Below the pieces are notes generated by a model. The model was not told the origin of the DNA, searched no databases, and saw nothing but the letters and a program-made list of their open reading frames with translations. This document shows, piece after piece, positions 8,475 through 16,971 of a stretch of 44,563 bases of DNA. The stretch lies in sequence record OR424384.1; one strand, written 5' to 3'. Source of the stretch: Escherichia phage vB-Eco-KMB14. The position numbers were made by a program, and so were the translations under genes. Within the stretch, counting starts at the first letter, position 1, and each line of letters opens with the position of its first letter.

Positions 8475-9158
8475 ATGTATAAATTAGTATTGAATGTAGG
8501 TGATTATGTTCGTAACATCAATGAAGCCTCACGTCGTTATCGTTGCCGTGGTGTAGTGGCTCGTGTAAGTGAGAACATGTATCATGTAGAATATGATGAT
8601 GGTATTAAGGCTTCTTATCACAAGAAAACCGCACATAAATATCTTGAAAAGGTTGTAGAGGTAAACAATCAATGTAAGTGCATACATGATGAGGTTTGCG
8701 ATAAATGTGCTCGCCAGATGCTTAAGAATTTCCTAGCCCCTCTTTATTATGGTGCTGGTCCTCAAACACTAGCAGAGTACATGGCAGAAAAGAAAACCAC
8801 ACTCAAGAAAGAGCGTCGCAATGTAATCACTGGTAAGACTCAAAGTGAGATGATTAAGCAATGTGGCACTGCATTAGGTGTTACACAGTTCAATACTCGT
8901 GCATTGGGTAAATCCACAGGGCAAGCTATGGTGAAAATTGGTGAAGCTATGATGCACCCAAATGTGCCTGTGCGAATCTTGGATGTTGACCATGCAATCA
9001 CAGAGCATGGCACACCACGGCGTGTAGCTAATAATCATTTCGCCGACACTATAGAAGGTATTATTCGTAAGCAAGGGTTGAAGGGTCTTCACATCTTAAA
9101 TGGTGAAGAATTACTGTACCTACCTATCGTTACTGAAGAAACATACGTGAATATCTAA
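8475..9158 (+). CDS. Hypothetical protein (227 aa)
   Basis: ATG at 8475 follows RBS ggag; the ORF-track start at 8469 is TTG. Confidence 0.7.
   Translation: MYKLVLNVGDYVRNINEASRRYRCRGVVARVSENMYHVEYDDGIKASYHKKTAHKYLEKVVEVNNQCKCIHDEVCDKCARQMLKNFLAPLYYGAGPQTLAEYMAEKKTTLKKERRNVITGKTQSEMIKQCGTALGVTQFNTRALGKSTGQAMVKIGEAMMHPNVPVRILDVDHAITEHGTPRRVANNHFADTIEGIIRKQGLKGLHILNGEELLYLPIVTEETYVNI
9037..9057 (+). promoter_or_regulatory. Phage-RNAP promoter-like sequence inside a CDS (ATTTCGCCGACACTATAGAAG)
   Basis: Core GACACTATAGAAG conserved; upstream part diverges. Confidence 0.3.
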
Positions 9159-9168
9159 GGAGTTAATC

Positions 9169-9387
9169 ATGACTAAGGTATTAATTTATATGCGTGGACC
9201 TCATAAATGCTATGCAGTTGTAGCACCAAATGGCGTTAAGCCTTATCGTACTTCAAAAAGATTGGCATTAATAGGTGCTAGTAGTAGTGCAAGTTTCCAA
9301 ATGGAACTTTTTGGTCATTGGACTGAAAGGCAATTCCGTGAGGATTTTAAAGTCATTGGCAGTTTCATGGTGAAATATGCAGAATAA
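9169..9387 (+). CDS. Hypothetical protein (72 aa)
   Basis: RBS aaggag 7 nt upstream of the ATG. Confidence 0.6.
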   Translation: MTKVLIYMRGPHKCYAVVAPNGVKPYRTSKRLALIGASSSASFQMELFGHWTERQFREDFKVIGSFMVKYAE

Positions 9388-9553
9388 ACATAGTCTTAGA
9401 ATGTTCGATGGTCATGAAGACCTGCAAGCCAAGATTACTAACCAAGCCTTCCTGTTCGCACAGTTAACTATGGCTGAGGCCAAGAAGAATAGTCTCACTC
9501 GTGAACAGGTTATCAAGGAAAGTGAAGTGAAACGTAAGATTCGCAGTCGATAA
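9377..9553 (+). CDS. Small hypothetical protein (58 aa), not in the ORF track
   Basis: ATG overlaps the end of the preceding ORF; the ORF ends just before a terminator-like hairpin. Confidence 0.35.
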   Translation: MQNKHSLRMFDGHEDLQAKITNQAFLFAQLTMAEAKKNSLTREQVIKESEVKRKIRSR

Positions 9554-9560
9554 GTCAAGG

Positions 9561-9590
9561 GTTGTCTCACGTGTGAGACAGCCTTTTATC
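9561..9590 (+). terminator. Conserved palindrome hairpin (GTCTCACGTGTGAGAC) plus T-run; rho-independent terminator-like
   Basis: gttgtctcacgtgtgagacagcc followed by ttttatc. Confidence 0.5.
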
Positions 9591-9610
9591 ATGTTGATTG
9601 GAGGTGCATT

Positions 9611-9718
9611 ATGCCACGTGATTATGATTCTGATTGGGACTACTATGACTCAATGAATCCAAAACCAGAACGTTCAGATGATTACTACGAAACAGAGGCA
9701 ATGTATGAAAACTATTAA
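9611..9718 (+). CDS. Small acidic hypothetical protein (35 aa), not in the ORF track
   Basis: Strong RBS ggagg 6 nt upstream; translation MPRDYDSDWDYYDSMNPKPERSDDYYETEAMYENY. Confidence 0.4.
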   Translation: MPRDYDSDWDYYDSMNPKPERSDDYYETEAMYENY

Positions 9719-9923
9719 AGTCAGTAAGGTTTGCTCTTGCGGTAAAGGTTATCGCAGTCGTATTGATGGTAAGTGTGGACATTGTAGGTCTAAGAAAGAG
9801 GCTGCTTTGTTTGACAAGTACCACAATGAATTAGCCTATAACTACCCACATCTAACACCTAATTCTTTATTAGGGCTTGGTTATAGGGCTAAATACTTTG
9901 GAGCAATCTATGAAATCAATTGA
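9705..9923 (+). CDS. Small zinc-ribbon protein (72 aa; CxC...CxxC)
   Basis: ATG at 9705 overlaps the upstream ORF; translation contains CSCGKG...CGHC. The ORF-track start at 9678 is probably an extension. Confidence 0.5.
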   Translation: MKTIKVSKVCSCGKGYRSRIDGKCGHCRSKKEAALFDKYHNELAYNYPHLTPNSLLGLGYRAKYFGAIYEIN

Positions 9924-12456
9924 TTGGAAGAAGGAGGCAGAAGGTCGTATCCTCGTGATGGATGCGGAAGCTAAAGGACTCCTTGACGCTATCCGATATG
10001 GACACCGTGAAGATGTGCATATCATTTGCTGCATGGATTTGCTTACTACCGAGGAGTTTCTCTTCTTTGACCCGTATGAGATGCGTGACCCTGAAGCAAG
10101 AGAACGCCTGAAGGAATGGGAAGGTCATCAAGATGGAACCTTGGTTGACGGTGTTAACTTCCTGAAGCACTGTGAGGCTATTGTGTCGCAGAACTTCCTA
10201 GGGTATGACGGTCTTCTCTTTGAGAAAGCATTCCCTGATATTTGGAAAGGCTTTAACTATACCGAGAAGCGCGGTAAGGGCAGACTCCGTGCTGACCTGT
10301 GTCCGGTGCGAGTCATGGATACGCTGGTGATGAGTCGCCTGTTAAACCCCGATAGACGCCTTCCTCCGCAAGCATATGCCAAAGGTATGGGTAACGTCGC
10401 CCCTCACTCAATTGAGGCGCACGGCATCCGTATAGGTCGCTATAAACCGGAGAACGAGGACTGGTCTAAACTAACTGACCACATGGTTCACCGTGTACGT
10501 GAGGACGTGGCGATTGGTCGTGACTTGTTCCTCTGGCTCTTTAACGGGGAATGGATGGAGCACAAACGCCGTGGCGTGAATAAACGCACGGGCCTAGGCA
10601 TTGAGACAGCCTTCCACATGGAGTCCATTGTGGCGCTGGAGATGAGCCGTCAGGCCGAGCGCGGGTTCCGTCTGGACATCGACAAGGCTTTGGCCCGATG
10701 CGAAGAATTGGACGCTAAGATTGATGAGACAGTCGCAGCGTTCCGCCCTCACATGCCTATGCGTATCAAGTCTAAACCTTTTAAACCGGAAGAAAAGAAT
10801 GAAGTATGCCAACGCGCAAATGAGTATGGAGCTAGCAACAATATACCTACTGTCCTTGACCCCTCACACTTTCTTCATGCCGAGAGACGAGGAGATCGCA
10901 AGACAGTATGGAGTGTCACTACTAAGTCTGGTGATTGGTCGGCTAGTGTCAAGAAAGACTTTCCTCACCTTAGAGGAAACCGTAATGACACGCCAAGTAT
11001 CAAGTGGATTGGTGCTTACTCGCCTGTTACTTTCGAAGAGATTCCCTTGGGTAACAGGGATACAGTTAAGCAAGTGCTCTATGATTATGGATGGAAAGGT
11101 GTTGAATTTAACGATACCGAGCAAGCGCATCTCGATGAGTATGGCGTATTACCAAAACCTTGGAGTGGAAAGATAAATGAAAAGTCTCTTACTTTATGGC
11201 AAGAGAGAGCCGCACGTGAAGGTAAAACAGTACCCGATTGGTGCTTGGGTATCGCTGCATGGTACATACTCGTATCCCGTCGTGGTCAGATACTCAACCG
11301 TGGTGACGTTGAAGCCTTCAACGAGAAGGGAACGTGGCCCTCGCAGGCTGGTGTACGAAAGTGTCGCGGCCTTGTACCTGTAGCATTCAACAAGGAGCTA
11401 GGAATCAATGCGCAGCAATACTACGAAAGGTACGGATGCTGGCCTACGTCAGACAAGGATGACGGGGAGTGGCGTGTTCCAGCTGTTGCTATTAGCATTG
11501 GCACTTCTACGTTCCGTATGCGTCATCGTAACGTGGTTAATATTCCTGCCCGTGGCTTGTATCCTTTACGTGATTTATTCATAGCAGGTAAAGGCAAGCT
11601 AATCCTTGGTTGTGACGGTGCAGGTCTTGAACTGCGCGTCCTGTCTCACTTCATGAATGACCCTGAGTACCAAGAGATTGTATTGCATGGTGACATCCAT
11701 ACACATAACCAGATGAAGGCTGGTCTTCCTAAGCGTGACATGGCGAAGACGTTTATATACGCTTTCCTCTATGGCTCTGGTATAGCTAACCTTGCAGCAG
11801 TCTGCGGTGTTACTGAGGAAGAAATGAAGGAAGTTGTGGCAAGATTCGAGATTGAACTACCGTCTCTTGCACGTCTTCGTGAGAATGTTATCGCACAAGG
11901 TAACAAGTTTGGCTACCTGCAAGCACCTGATGGGCATTGGGGTCGCATCCGCATGTCTGGTGGTGAACTTAAAGAGCACACGATGCTTAACGTATTACTC
12001 CAGATGACTGGCTCTTTGTGTATGAAATATGCATTAGTCAAGGCATTTGCAGTAATGCGCAAGGAAGGTGTAGCTTTGGATGCTATGGGAAATCCTTGTG
12101 GTGTGGCTAACGTGCATGATGAAATCCAGATGGAAGTTCCTGAAGAGGAGGTCTTGTATCTTAACTACGACCTACCTTTCACCTTAGATGGGTTCGAAAC
12201 AGAGAAGGCTGCTGTGAAAGCAGTTTTCGATGCAGAGGAGAAACGTGTTCATGTGGATTCTGAAGGACGTATGTGGTCTGCTGCAAACCTCGTTAGCGTT
12301 GATGCTGATGCTGGTGTATTGCATTGCCAGCGCCGTTATCACCGTGCAGGTCATATCATTGCCGACGCCATGACTTGGGCAGGGCAGTATCTGAAGATGC
12401 GTTGCCCGATGGCAGGCGAATATAAGATTGGCGCAAGTTGGAAGGAAACACACTGA
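9910..12456 (+). CDS. Family A DNA polymerase (848 aa)
   Basis: Motif A DGAGLELRVL, motif B KRDMAKTFIYAFLYGSG, motif C VHDE. ATG at 9910 follows RBS ggag; the ORF-track start at 9877 is TTG. Confidence 0.95.
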   Translation: MKSIDWKKEAEGRILVMDAEAKGLLDAIRYGHREDVHIICCMDLLTTEEFLFFDPYEMRDPEARERLKEWEGHQDGTLVDGVNFLKHCEAIVSQNFLGYDGLLFEKAFPDIWKGFNYTEKRGKGRLRADLCPVRVMDTLVMSRLLNPDRRLPPQAYAKGMGNVAPHSIEAHGIRIGRYKPENEDWSKLTDHMVHRVREDVAIGRDLFLWLFNGEWMEHKRRGVNKRTGLGIETAFHMESIVALEMSRQAERGFRLDIDKALARCEELDAKIDETVAAFRPHMPMRIKSKPFKPEEKNEVCQRANEYGASNNIPTVLDPSHFLHAERRGDRKTVWSVTTKSGDWSASVKKDFPHLRGNRNDTPSIKWIGAYSPVTFEEIPLGNRDTVKQVLYDYGWKGVEFNDTEQAHLDEYGVLPKPWSGKINEKSLTLWQERAAREGKTVPDWCLGIAAWYILVSRRGQILNRGDVEAFNEKGTWPSQAGVRKCRGLVPVAFNKELGINAQQYYERYGCWPTSDKDDGEWRVPAVAISIGTSTFRMRHRNVVNIPARGLYPLRDLFIAGKGKLILGCDGAGLELRVLSHFMNDPEYQEIVLHGDIHTHNQMKAGLPKRDMAKTFIYAFLYGSGIANLAAVCGVTEEEMKEVVARFEIELPSLARLRENVIAQGNKFGYLQAPDGHWGRIRMSGGELKEHTMLNVLLQMTGSLCMKYALVKAFAVMRKEGVALDAMGNPCGVANVHDEIQMEVPEEEVLYLNYDLPFTLDGFETEKAAVKAVFDAEEKRVHVDSEGRMWSAANLVSVDADAGVLHCQRRYHRAGHIIADAMTWAGQYLKMRCPMAGEYKIGASWKETH

Positions 12457-12572
12457 TGGATAGGCTTGACATTGTTTACCTATTCTTCACTTTCTTTCTT
12501 GTATTTCTTATGATTGCTTGTTACGGAAGTATGCAGGTAAATATACCTGATGAAGAGGAAGGATACGACTGA
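12456..12572 (+). CDS. Small membrane protein (38 aa), not in the ORF track
   Basis: ATG overlaps the DNAP stop (tgATGg); hydrophobic core IVYLFFTFFLVFLMIACYG. Confidence 0.35.
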   Translation: MDRLDIVYLFFTFFLVFLMIACYGSMQVNIPDEEEGYD

Positions 12573-12630
12573 GTTATACTCAAGGTCACTTACGAGTGGC
12601 CTTTATGGATAACTTAACTAAGGAAATATT

Positions 12631-12891
12631 ATGATTAAATACACTGCTTATCAGTTAACTAAAGACCATAAGATAGGTATTGAGGTTAAGGCTTGGGAGC
12701 GAGGTCATATCTCTGGAGTAATAGAGGTGCGTTCCAAGGAAGGTATGATGATTAGAAGACACTTTAGTTTCGCTAAATCTACTTGTAAGCATTTAACAGA
12801 GGAACAATTCTTACATCATATTATTAACAATATTAAAGCTATCCAGCCTTATGCCAAGCAAGTTGTAGGTAATGTCACAGTAGTACATTGA
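12631..12891 (+). CDS. Hypothetical protein (86 aa)
   Basis: RBS aaggaa; its last 21 nt are part of the duplicated 105-bp unit. Confidence 0.6.
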   Translation: MIKYTAYQLTKDHKIGIEVKAWERGHISGVIEVRSKEGMMIRRHFSFAKSTCKHLTEEQFLHHIINNIKAIQPYAKQVVGNVTVVH

Positions 12892-12911
12892 TTTACTGGA
12901 CACTATAGAAG
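12891..12911 (+). promoter_or_regulatory. Phage-RNAP promoter (ATTTACTGGACACTATAGAAG), copy 1 of the duplicated unit
   Basis: Exact consensus. Confidence 0.7.
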
Positions 12912-13082
12912 GAAAGCCTAGATAATCTAGGTTTATAAGGTAGTATAGGTAATTAAGTAAATATAGGAGATATAAGCTATAGGTTCTGCCGTTATGGCTG
13001 GTATGTCTTCTATTGGTAGTATGTTTACAGGCAGCGGCTGCTGCACCGCTGCCTGTAAACATAATGTCACAGTAGTACATTG

Positions 13083-13103
13083 ATTTACTGGACACTATAG
13101 AAG
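13083..13103 (+). promoter_or_regulatory. Phage-RNAP promoter, copy 2 of the duplicated unit, driving the 13170 gene
   Basis: Exact consensus; followed by the leader and RBS ataggaga. Confidence 0.7.
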
Positions 13104-13169
13104 GAAAGCCTAGATAATCTAGGTTTATAAGGTAGTATAGGTAATTAAGTAAATATAGGAGATATAAAC

Positions 13170-13547
13170 ATGTCTATGGTAACTACTCTGGTATTTGTAG
13201 CTCAATACTTTCGTGGTCTGGCTAATAAGTTCAAGTCCAAGGCTATCAAAGCTATTGAGTCTCGCATCGAGGCAGTCCAGGCAGAGCAAGTTAAAGTTGA
13301 AGAACATCGTAGTTCTCAAATGATTGACTGCCACAATCGCTACTATGCATCTCGTGATGAACTGAATGCTCGTCAAGTCAAAGAGGTTGAAGAGATGCTG
13401 GCACGTCACCAGCAAGAGCGCGACAGCCTGAAAGCTGAATTTGAAGAGAACAAGGCATCCATCGCCCTTGTACATCAAGCCGCATCTGACAGCCTGAAGA
13501 AAGAGATTGTTATGCTGGAGATTGAGTTAGACAATCTTACCAAATAA
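13170..13547 (+). CDS. Hypothetical coiled-coil protein (125 aa)
   Basis: RBS aggaga; charged heptad-like sequence. Confidence 0.65.
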   Translation: MSMVTTLVFVAQYFRGLANKFKSKAIKAIESRIEAVQAEQVKVEEHRSSQMIDCHNRYYASRDELNARQVKEVEEMLARHQQERDSLKAEFEENKASIALVHQAASDSLKKEIVMLEIELDNLTK

Positions 13548-13566
13548 TTACTGGACACTATAGAAC
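13546..13566 (+). promoter_or_regulatory. Phage-RNAP promoter variant (AATTACTGGACACTATAGAAC)
   Basis: Consensus match with A at -16 and C at +6; overlaps the 3' end of the upstream ORF. Confidence 0.5.
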
Positions 13567-13709
13567 AATAGGTCGGCTTAGTTCGGCCTATGATTGTAAA
13601 GTGTTGAACCTTATTGTGCATCTTGCACAACCCGATGCTATATCGGGCTTTCTAGTGAGTACATGCTTGTGCTCAGTACAAAGCTAACTGACAATAGGAG
13701 ACTAAATAA

Positions 13710-14516
13710 ATGGCACGTGGTGATTTTGATTTTGGTGCTCAGGTTACTAAGGCTGAAGGTAAAGTATTTAAGAACCCTGAAGTTGGTGATCATGAAGCAG
13801 TAATCTCTGGCATCATTCATGTTGGTTCCTTCCAAGATATTTTTAAGAAAGGTAATACCACTGAGGTTAAGAAGCCAGCAAACTTTGTTCTTGTTAAGAT
13901 TATCCTGATGGGTGACGACGACAAGAATGAAGATGATTCTCGCATGGAACAGTGGATGGCTGTGCCTCTGAAGTCTGGTGACAAGGCAACCTTGACTAAG
14001 TTCCTGAATGCAGTTGACCCTAAAGAGCTGCTTGGTGGTTTCGATGACTTCATCGGTGAATGCCTGACTGCAACTATGGTTGGCTCTGGCGACAAGAATG
14101 ATGATGGTACTTTCAAGTATGTTAACTGGAAAGGCTTTGGCGGTATGCCTGATAAGTTGAAGAAGCTTGTACTGGCTCAGGTAGAAGAGGAAGGTCTGTC
14201 TATGACAGGTCATATCACCTTCGACAAGCTGACCAAAGAAATCCTTGATGACATCCCAGCTAACTTGGTGCGTCAATACTTCCTTAATGAAACACCTCGT
14301 GGTAAGAACCTGTCTGTTGCTGGTTCTCACGTAGAAGCAATCATTAAAGCTGCTCGTGAAGAAGACCCAGAGTGGAAGAAAGCCAAGAAGAAAGATGACG
14401 AGGATGCTACTCCAGCTAATCGTAAATCTCTGGATACTGGTGAGTCTGTTCCACAGGAAGTACCTGAAGCAGAAGATACTCCTGCACCGGAGATGGATGA
14501 GGACGCGGAATATTAA
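13710..14516 (+). CDS. Putative ssDNA-binding protein (gp2.5-like; 268 aa) with acidic C-terminal tail ending in Tyr
   Basis: Sits in the replication module with RBS aggag; C-terminus ...EDTPAPEMDEDAEY resembles the acidic, aromatic-terminated tail of T7 gp2.5. Overall similarity was not verified. Confidence 0.5.
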   Translation: MARGDFDFGAQVTKAEGKVFKNPEVGDHEAVISGIIHVGSFQDIFKKGNTTEVKKPANFVLVKIILMGDDDKNEDDSRMEQWMAVPLKSGDKATLTKFLNAVDPKELLGGFDDFIGECLTATMVGSGDKNDDGTFKYVNWKGFGGMPDKLKKLVLAQVEEEGLSMTGHITFDKLTKEILDDIPANLVRQYFLNETPRGKNLSVAGSHVEAIIKAAREEDPEWKKAKKKDDEDATPANRKSLDTGESVPQEVPEAEDTPAPEMDEDAEY

Positions 14517-14525
14517 GGAGAAAGG

Positions 14526-14744
14526 ATGAAAGTACAAATCGTAACCCTGTACTGCAAGAAAGGTATCACAACGCTCGGAGGTAGCACTTTCCACTCTTTC
14601 TCCGAAGGGGAGATTTATGCTGACCTGCACTACATCTGGCGCGACGGACAGCACGTGGTGAACTACAGCGACCCAGCTACGGGGAAACGCCACGGCGTAT
14701 CGCTTCCGGCGCATGACATTGCTCAGGTGAACACAGTTTTATAA
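14526..14744 (+). CDS. Hypothetical protein (72 aa)
   Basis: RBS aaggag 6 nt upstream; followed by the palindrome hairpin at 14746-14761. Confidence 0.55.
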   Translation: MKVQIVTLYCKKGITTLGGSTFHSFSEGEIYADLHYIWRDGQHVVNYSDPATGKRHGVSLPAHDIAQVNTVL

Positions 14745-14776
14745 AGTCTCACGTGTGAGACAAATCGGTGTCCGGT

Positions 14777-14797
14777 ATTTACTGGACACTATAGAAG
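14777..14797 (+). promoter_or_regulatory. Phage-RNAP promoter (ATTTACTGGACACTATAGAAG)
   Basis: Exact consensus, immediately downstream of the palindrome hairpin. Confidence 0.7.
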
Positions 14798-14849
14798 AGA
14801 AGAATTTTAATCGGCGATAATGCCATAATCAACAAAAGGAGAATTTAAT

Positions 14850-15221
14850 ATGTTCAAGATTGAAACTATCGTAAACCGTGTTGTTAAAGGTGCTGCTCTG
14901 GTATCCGTTGAGTCTTTCATTATCGTCGATGAAGCTGATCAACTGGTAGCTGGTACTAAGGCTTACGATACCCGTGAAGAAGCTCAGGCTAAGATTGACA
15001 GCATGGGTAACTTCGCTGCTGGTCTGGAGTTCGCTCGTGCTTGCTTCCCTGAGCAGGCTGACAAAGCTCAGATTGGTAAGGCTAATATCGTAGCTGAATA
15101 TCTGGATTGGGTTGCTGCTGGTAAACCAGTGAAAGAAGTTAAGGCTGCTGAAGAAGCTGAAGCTCCAGCAGAAGAAGTAGCTGCACCGGAAACTCCGGTA
15201 AGCGAAGAGGAAGAATTTTGA
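14850..15221 (+). CDS. Hypothetical protein (123 aa) with acidic C-terminal tail ending in Phe
   Basis: Strong RBS aaaggaga; C-terminus ...APETPVSEEEEF. Confidence 0.65.
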   Translation: MFKIETIVNRVVKGAALVSVESFIIVDEADQLVAGTKAYDTREEAQAKIDSMGNFAAGLEFARACFPEQADKAQIGKANIVAEYLDWVAAGKPVKEVKAAEEAEAPAEEVAAPETPVSEEEEF

Positions 15222-15280
15222 TAATAGCAGGTGTTGCCTCTGTTAGTCCTGGTTGACTATCACGCTCACCTCATCTAATG

Positions 15281-15313
15281 CCCTGTCTGCCTTAGTGTAG
15301 GCAGGGTCTTTTG
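15281..15313 (+). terminator. Possible stem-loop plus T-run after the 14850 gene
   Basis: ctgtctgcc-ttagtgta-ggcagggtc followed by ttttg; imperfect stem. Confidence 0.3.
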
Positions 15314-15338
15314 CGTAATAGTTATTGGAGAATGAATT

Positions 15339-15635
15339 ATGCCGACTATTGAATCTCGTTTACGCGCTGACTATAATAGATACTTTAGCCGCTTACATAG
15401 GGATTATATGACACACGTTACAGTATGGTTAGATGGTGAGATATTCTTAGTGTATGAGTATTTACATGATACGGATGACCGCTATGACCCTAGTTCCCTC
15501 CAAGTAGCAAAGTCTATTGTAGAGCACATCTTGAAGGAGTGGCCTACATGCGACCAAACTTCGACTTCGGAGCTACAGTATCGGAAGACAATAACCTGTT
15601 GCTGTGGCCAACTGAAGGTAATAGAATCGCTTTAA
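15339..15635 (+). CDS. Hypothetical protein (98 aa); 3' end overlaps the exonuclease gene
   Basis: RBS ggaga upstream of the ATG. Confidence 0.5.
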   Translation: MPTIESRLRADYNRYFSRLHRDYMTHVTVWLDGEIFLVYEYLHDTDDRYDPSSLQVAKSIVEHILKEWPTCDQTSTSELQYRKTITCCCGQLKVIESL

Positions 15636-16576
15636 TAGATGCTGACATGTTACCCTACATCGTAGGTTATACAATCAGTGACATGACTTATGTACGAGCC
15701 ACAACTCGTGTTAAGTCAGGACAAGTCCCATCAATCAAAGATACACCTGAGTGTAAGCAAGCGTGTGACCGTGTGAACTCCTTGCTCAACTCTTGGGTGT
15801 ATGCAGCAGAGTGTGATGCAGCTAAGTTATTCATGACGAAATCAGAAGCTAACTTCCGTGTTCGCCTAGCCTTCACCAAGCCTTATAAGGGTCAACGTAA
15901 GACCGAGAAGCCTCCGTTCTTCTATGAATTGCGAGAGCATCTCTTAGAGGTTCATGGTGCAATCTTGGCAGATGGAGAAGAGGCTGATGACCTCATGAGC
16001 ATTGCACAATGGGATAGCCACCGCCGCTTCCAGCAAGATACAGGTAACGAGTTCCCTATCGGTAGTCCAGAGCATAAAGCATTCTCTGACACTTGCATCG
16101 TTTCCTTGGATAAGGATTTGATGATTGTTCCCGGTTGGCATCTTCAGCCGGGTCAAGAGAAGAAATGGGTAGAGCCTATGGGTTGGCTTGAGCTACGCCG
16201 TAAGGCTAATGGTCAGGTTAAAGACCTTAAAGGTGCTGGCCTCATGTTTCATTATGCACAGATGATTATCGGTGATGATATTGATAACTATGCTGGCATA
16301 CCTGGACGTGGTGCTAAATACGCCTATGATCTTCTCAAAGATTGTAAGACAGAGAAAGAGTTGTACATGGCAGTGCTTGGTGCTTACAAGGCTAAGTTCG
16401 GACATGGACAAGTTAAGATTAAGAATTACCGAAGTGGTTATCGTATCGGCAAGGCTTTTGACCTGATGCTCGAATGTGGTCGCCTAGCTCACATGGCAAG
16501 ATTCAAAGGTGATATATGGCGAGCCGATAAGAACCCAATCTTGTGGGGAGATGATGCGGAATGGTTAGCAAATTAA
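15548..16576 (+). CDS. 5'-3' exonuclease (T7 gp6-like, FEN family), 342 aa
   Basis: LDKD motif and a layout like T7 gene 6. ATG at 15548 follows RBS aaggag; the ORF-track start at 15539 is GTG. Confidence 0.85.
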   Translation: MRPNFDFGATVSEDNNLLLWPTEGNRIALIDADMLPYIVGYTISDMTYVRATTRVKSGQVPSIKDTPECKQACDRVNSLLNSWVYAAECDAAKLFMTKSEANFRVRLAFTKPYKGQRKTEKPPFFYELREHLLEVHGAILADGEEADDLMSIAQWDSHRRFQQDTGNEFPIGSPEHKAFSDTCIVSLDKDLMIVPGWHLQPGQEKKWVEPMGWLELRRKANGQVKDLKGAGLMFHYAQMIIGDDIDNYAGIPGRGAKYAYDLLKDCKTEKELYMAVLGAYKAKFGHGQVKIKNYRSGYRIGKAFDLMLECGRLAHMARFKGDIWRADKNPILWGDDAEWLAN

Positions 16577-16971
16577 AATCATCAGAGGTAGCAGCTTATA
16601 AGAGGGAATTGCTAGAGAAGCAAGGGTGGAAGTGCCCACTATGTGGCGGCAGTCTCAAGGCTGTTACTCCTATAAACCGTGTACTTGACCATGACCATGA
16701 GACAGGATTCTGCCGTGCTGTTGTATGCCGAGGCTGCAATGGTGCAGAAGGAAAGATTAAGGGTGTTATCTCTGGTTACGGTAAGGCTGGTAACAACCGT
16801 TACTTCCAGCTTCAATGGTTAGAGCGACTATATGAATACTGGAAGTTACATAGTACGCCTCAGACAGATAAGTTATATCACAAACATCAAACGGAGGCAG
16901 AGAAGCGCGAGGCTAAGAACCGTAAGGCACGCCTTGCTTATGCAAGAAAGAAGGAGGTTAAAGTTGGGTAA
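16561..16971 (+). CDS. Endonuclease VII-type Holliday junction resolvase (136 aa)
   Basis: CPLCGG...LDHDHETG...CRGCNGAEG matches the T4 endonuclease VII zinc/HNH-like signature; RBS ggggag. Confidence 0.85.
   Translation: MVSKLKSSEVAAYKRELLEKQGWKCPLCGGSLKAVTPINRVLDHDHETGFCRAVVCRGCNGAEGKIKGVISGYGKAGNNRYFQLQWLERLYEYWKLHSTPQTDKLYHKHQTEAEKREAKNRKARLAYARKKEVKVG

Larger units (their letters stand above)
12871..13167. repeat. Tandem direct duplication of a 105-bp promoter/leader unit (12871-12975 and 13063-13167) around an 87-bp snap-back insert (12976-13062)
   Basis: The two 105-bp copies are identical. Insert nt 12976-13037 are identical to 27642-27703, and 13038-13062 are the reverse complement of 27687-27711, giving a perfect 17-bp stem with an 8-nt loop. 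Confidence 0.85.

Noticed and set aside
10721-11176. 151-aa + strand ORF in an alternative frame inside the DNA polymerase gene
   Set aside because: It lies within the conserved polymerase coding region and has no RBS; most likely a chance open frame.
13638-14714. 358-aa minus-strand ORF antisense to the putative SSB gene
   Set aside because: It lies entirely inside a well-supported + strand gene with promoter and RBS, has no RBS of its own, and no minus-strand promoter exists; everything else is transcribed left to right. The same applies to the other long minus-strand ORFs (2377-2949, 23237-24007, 20332-20766, 37109-37606).
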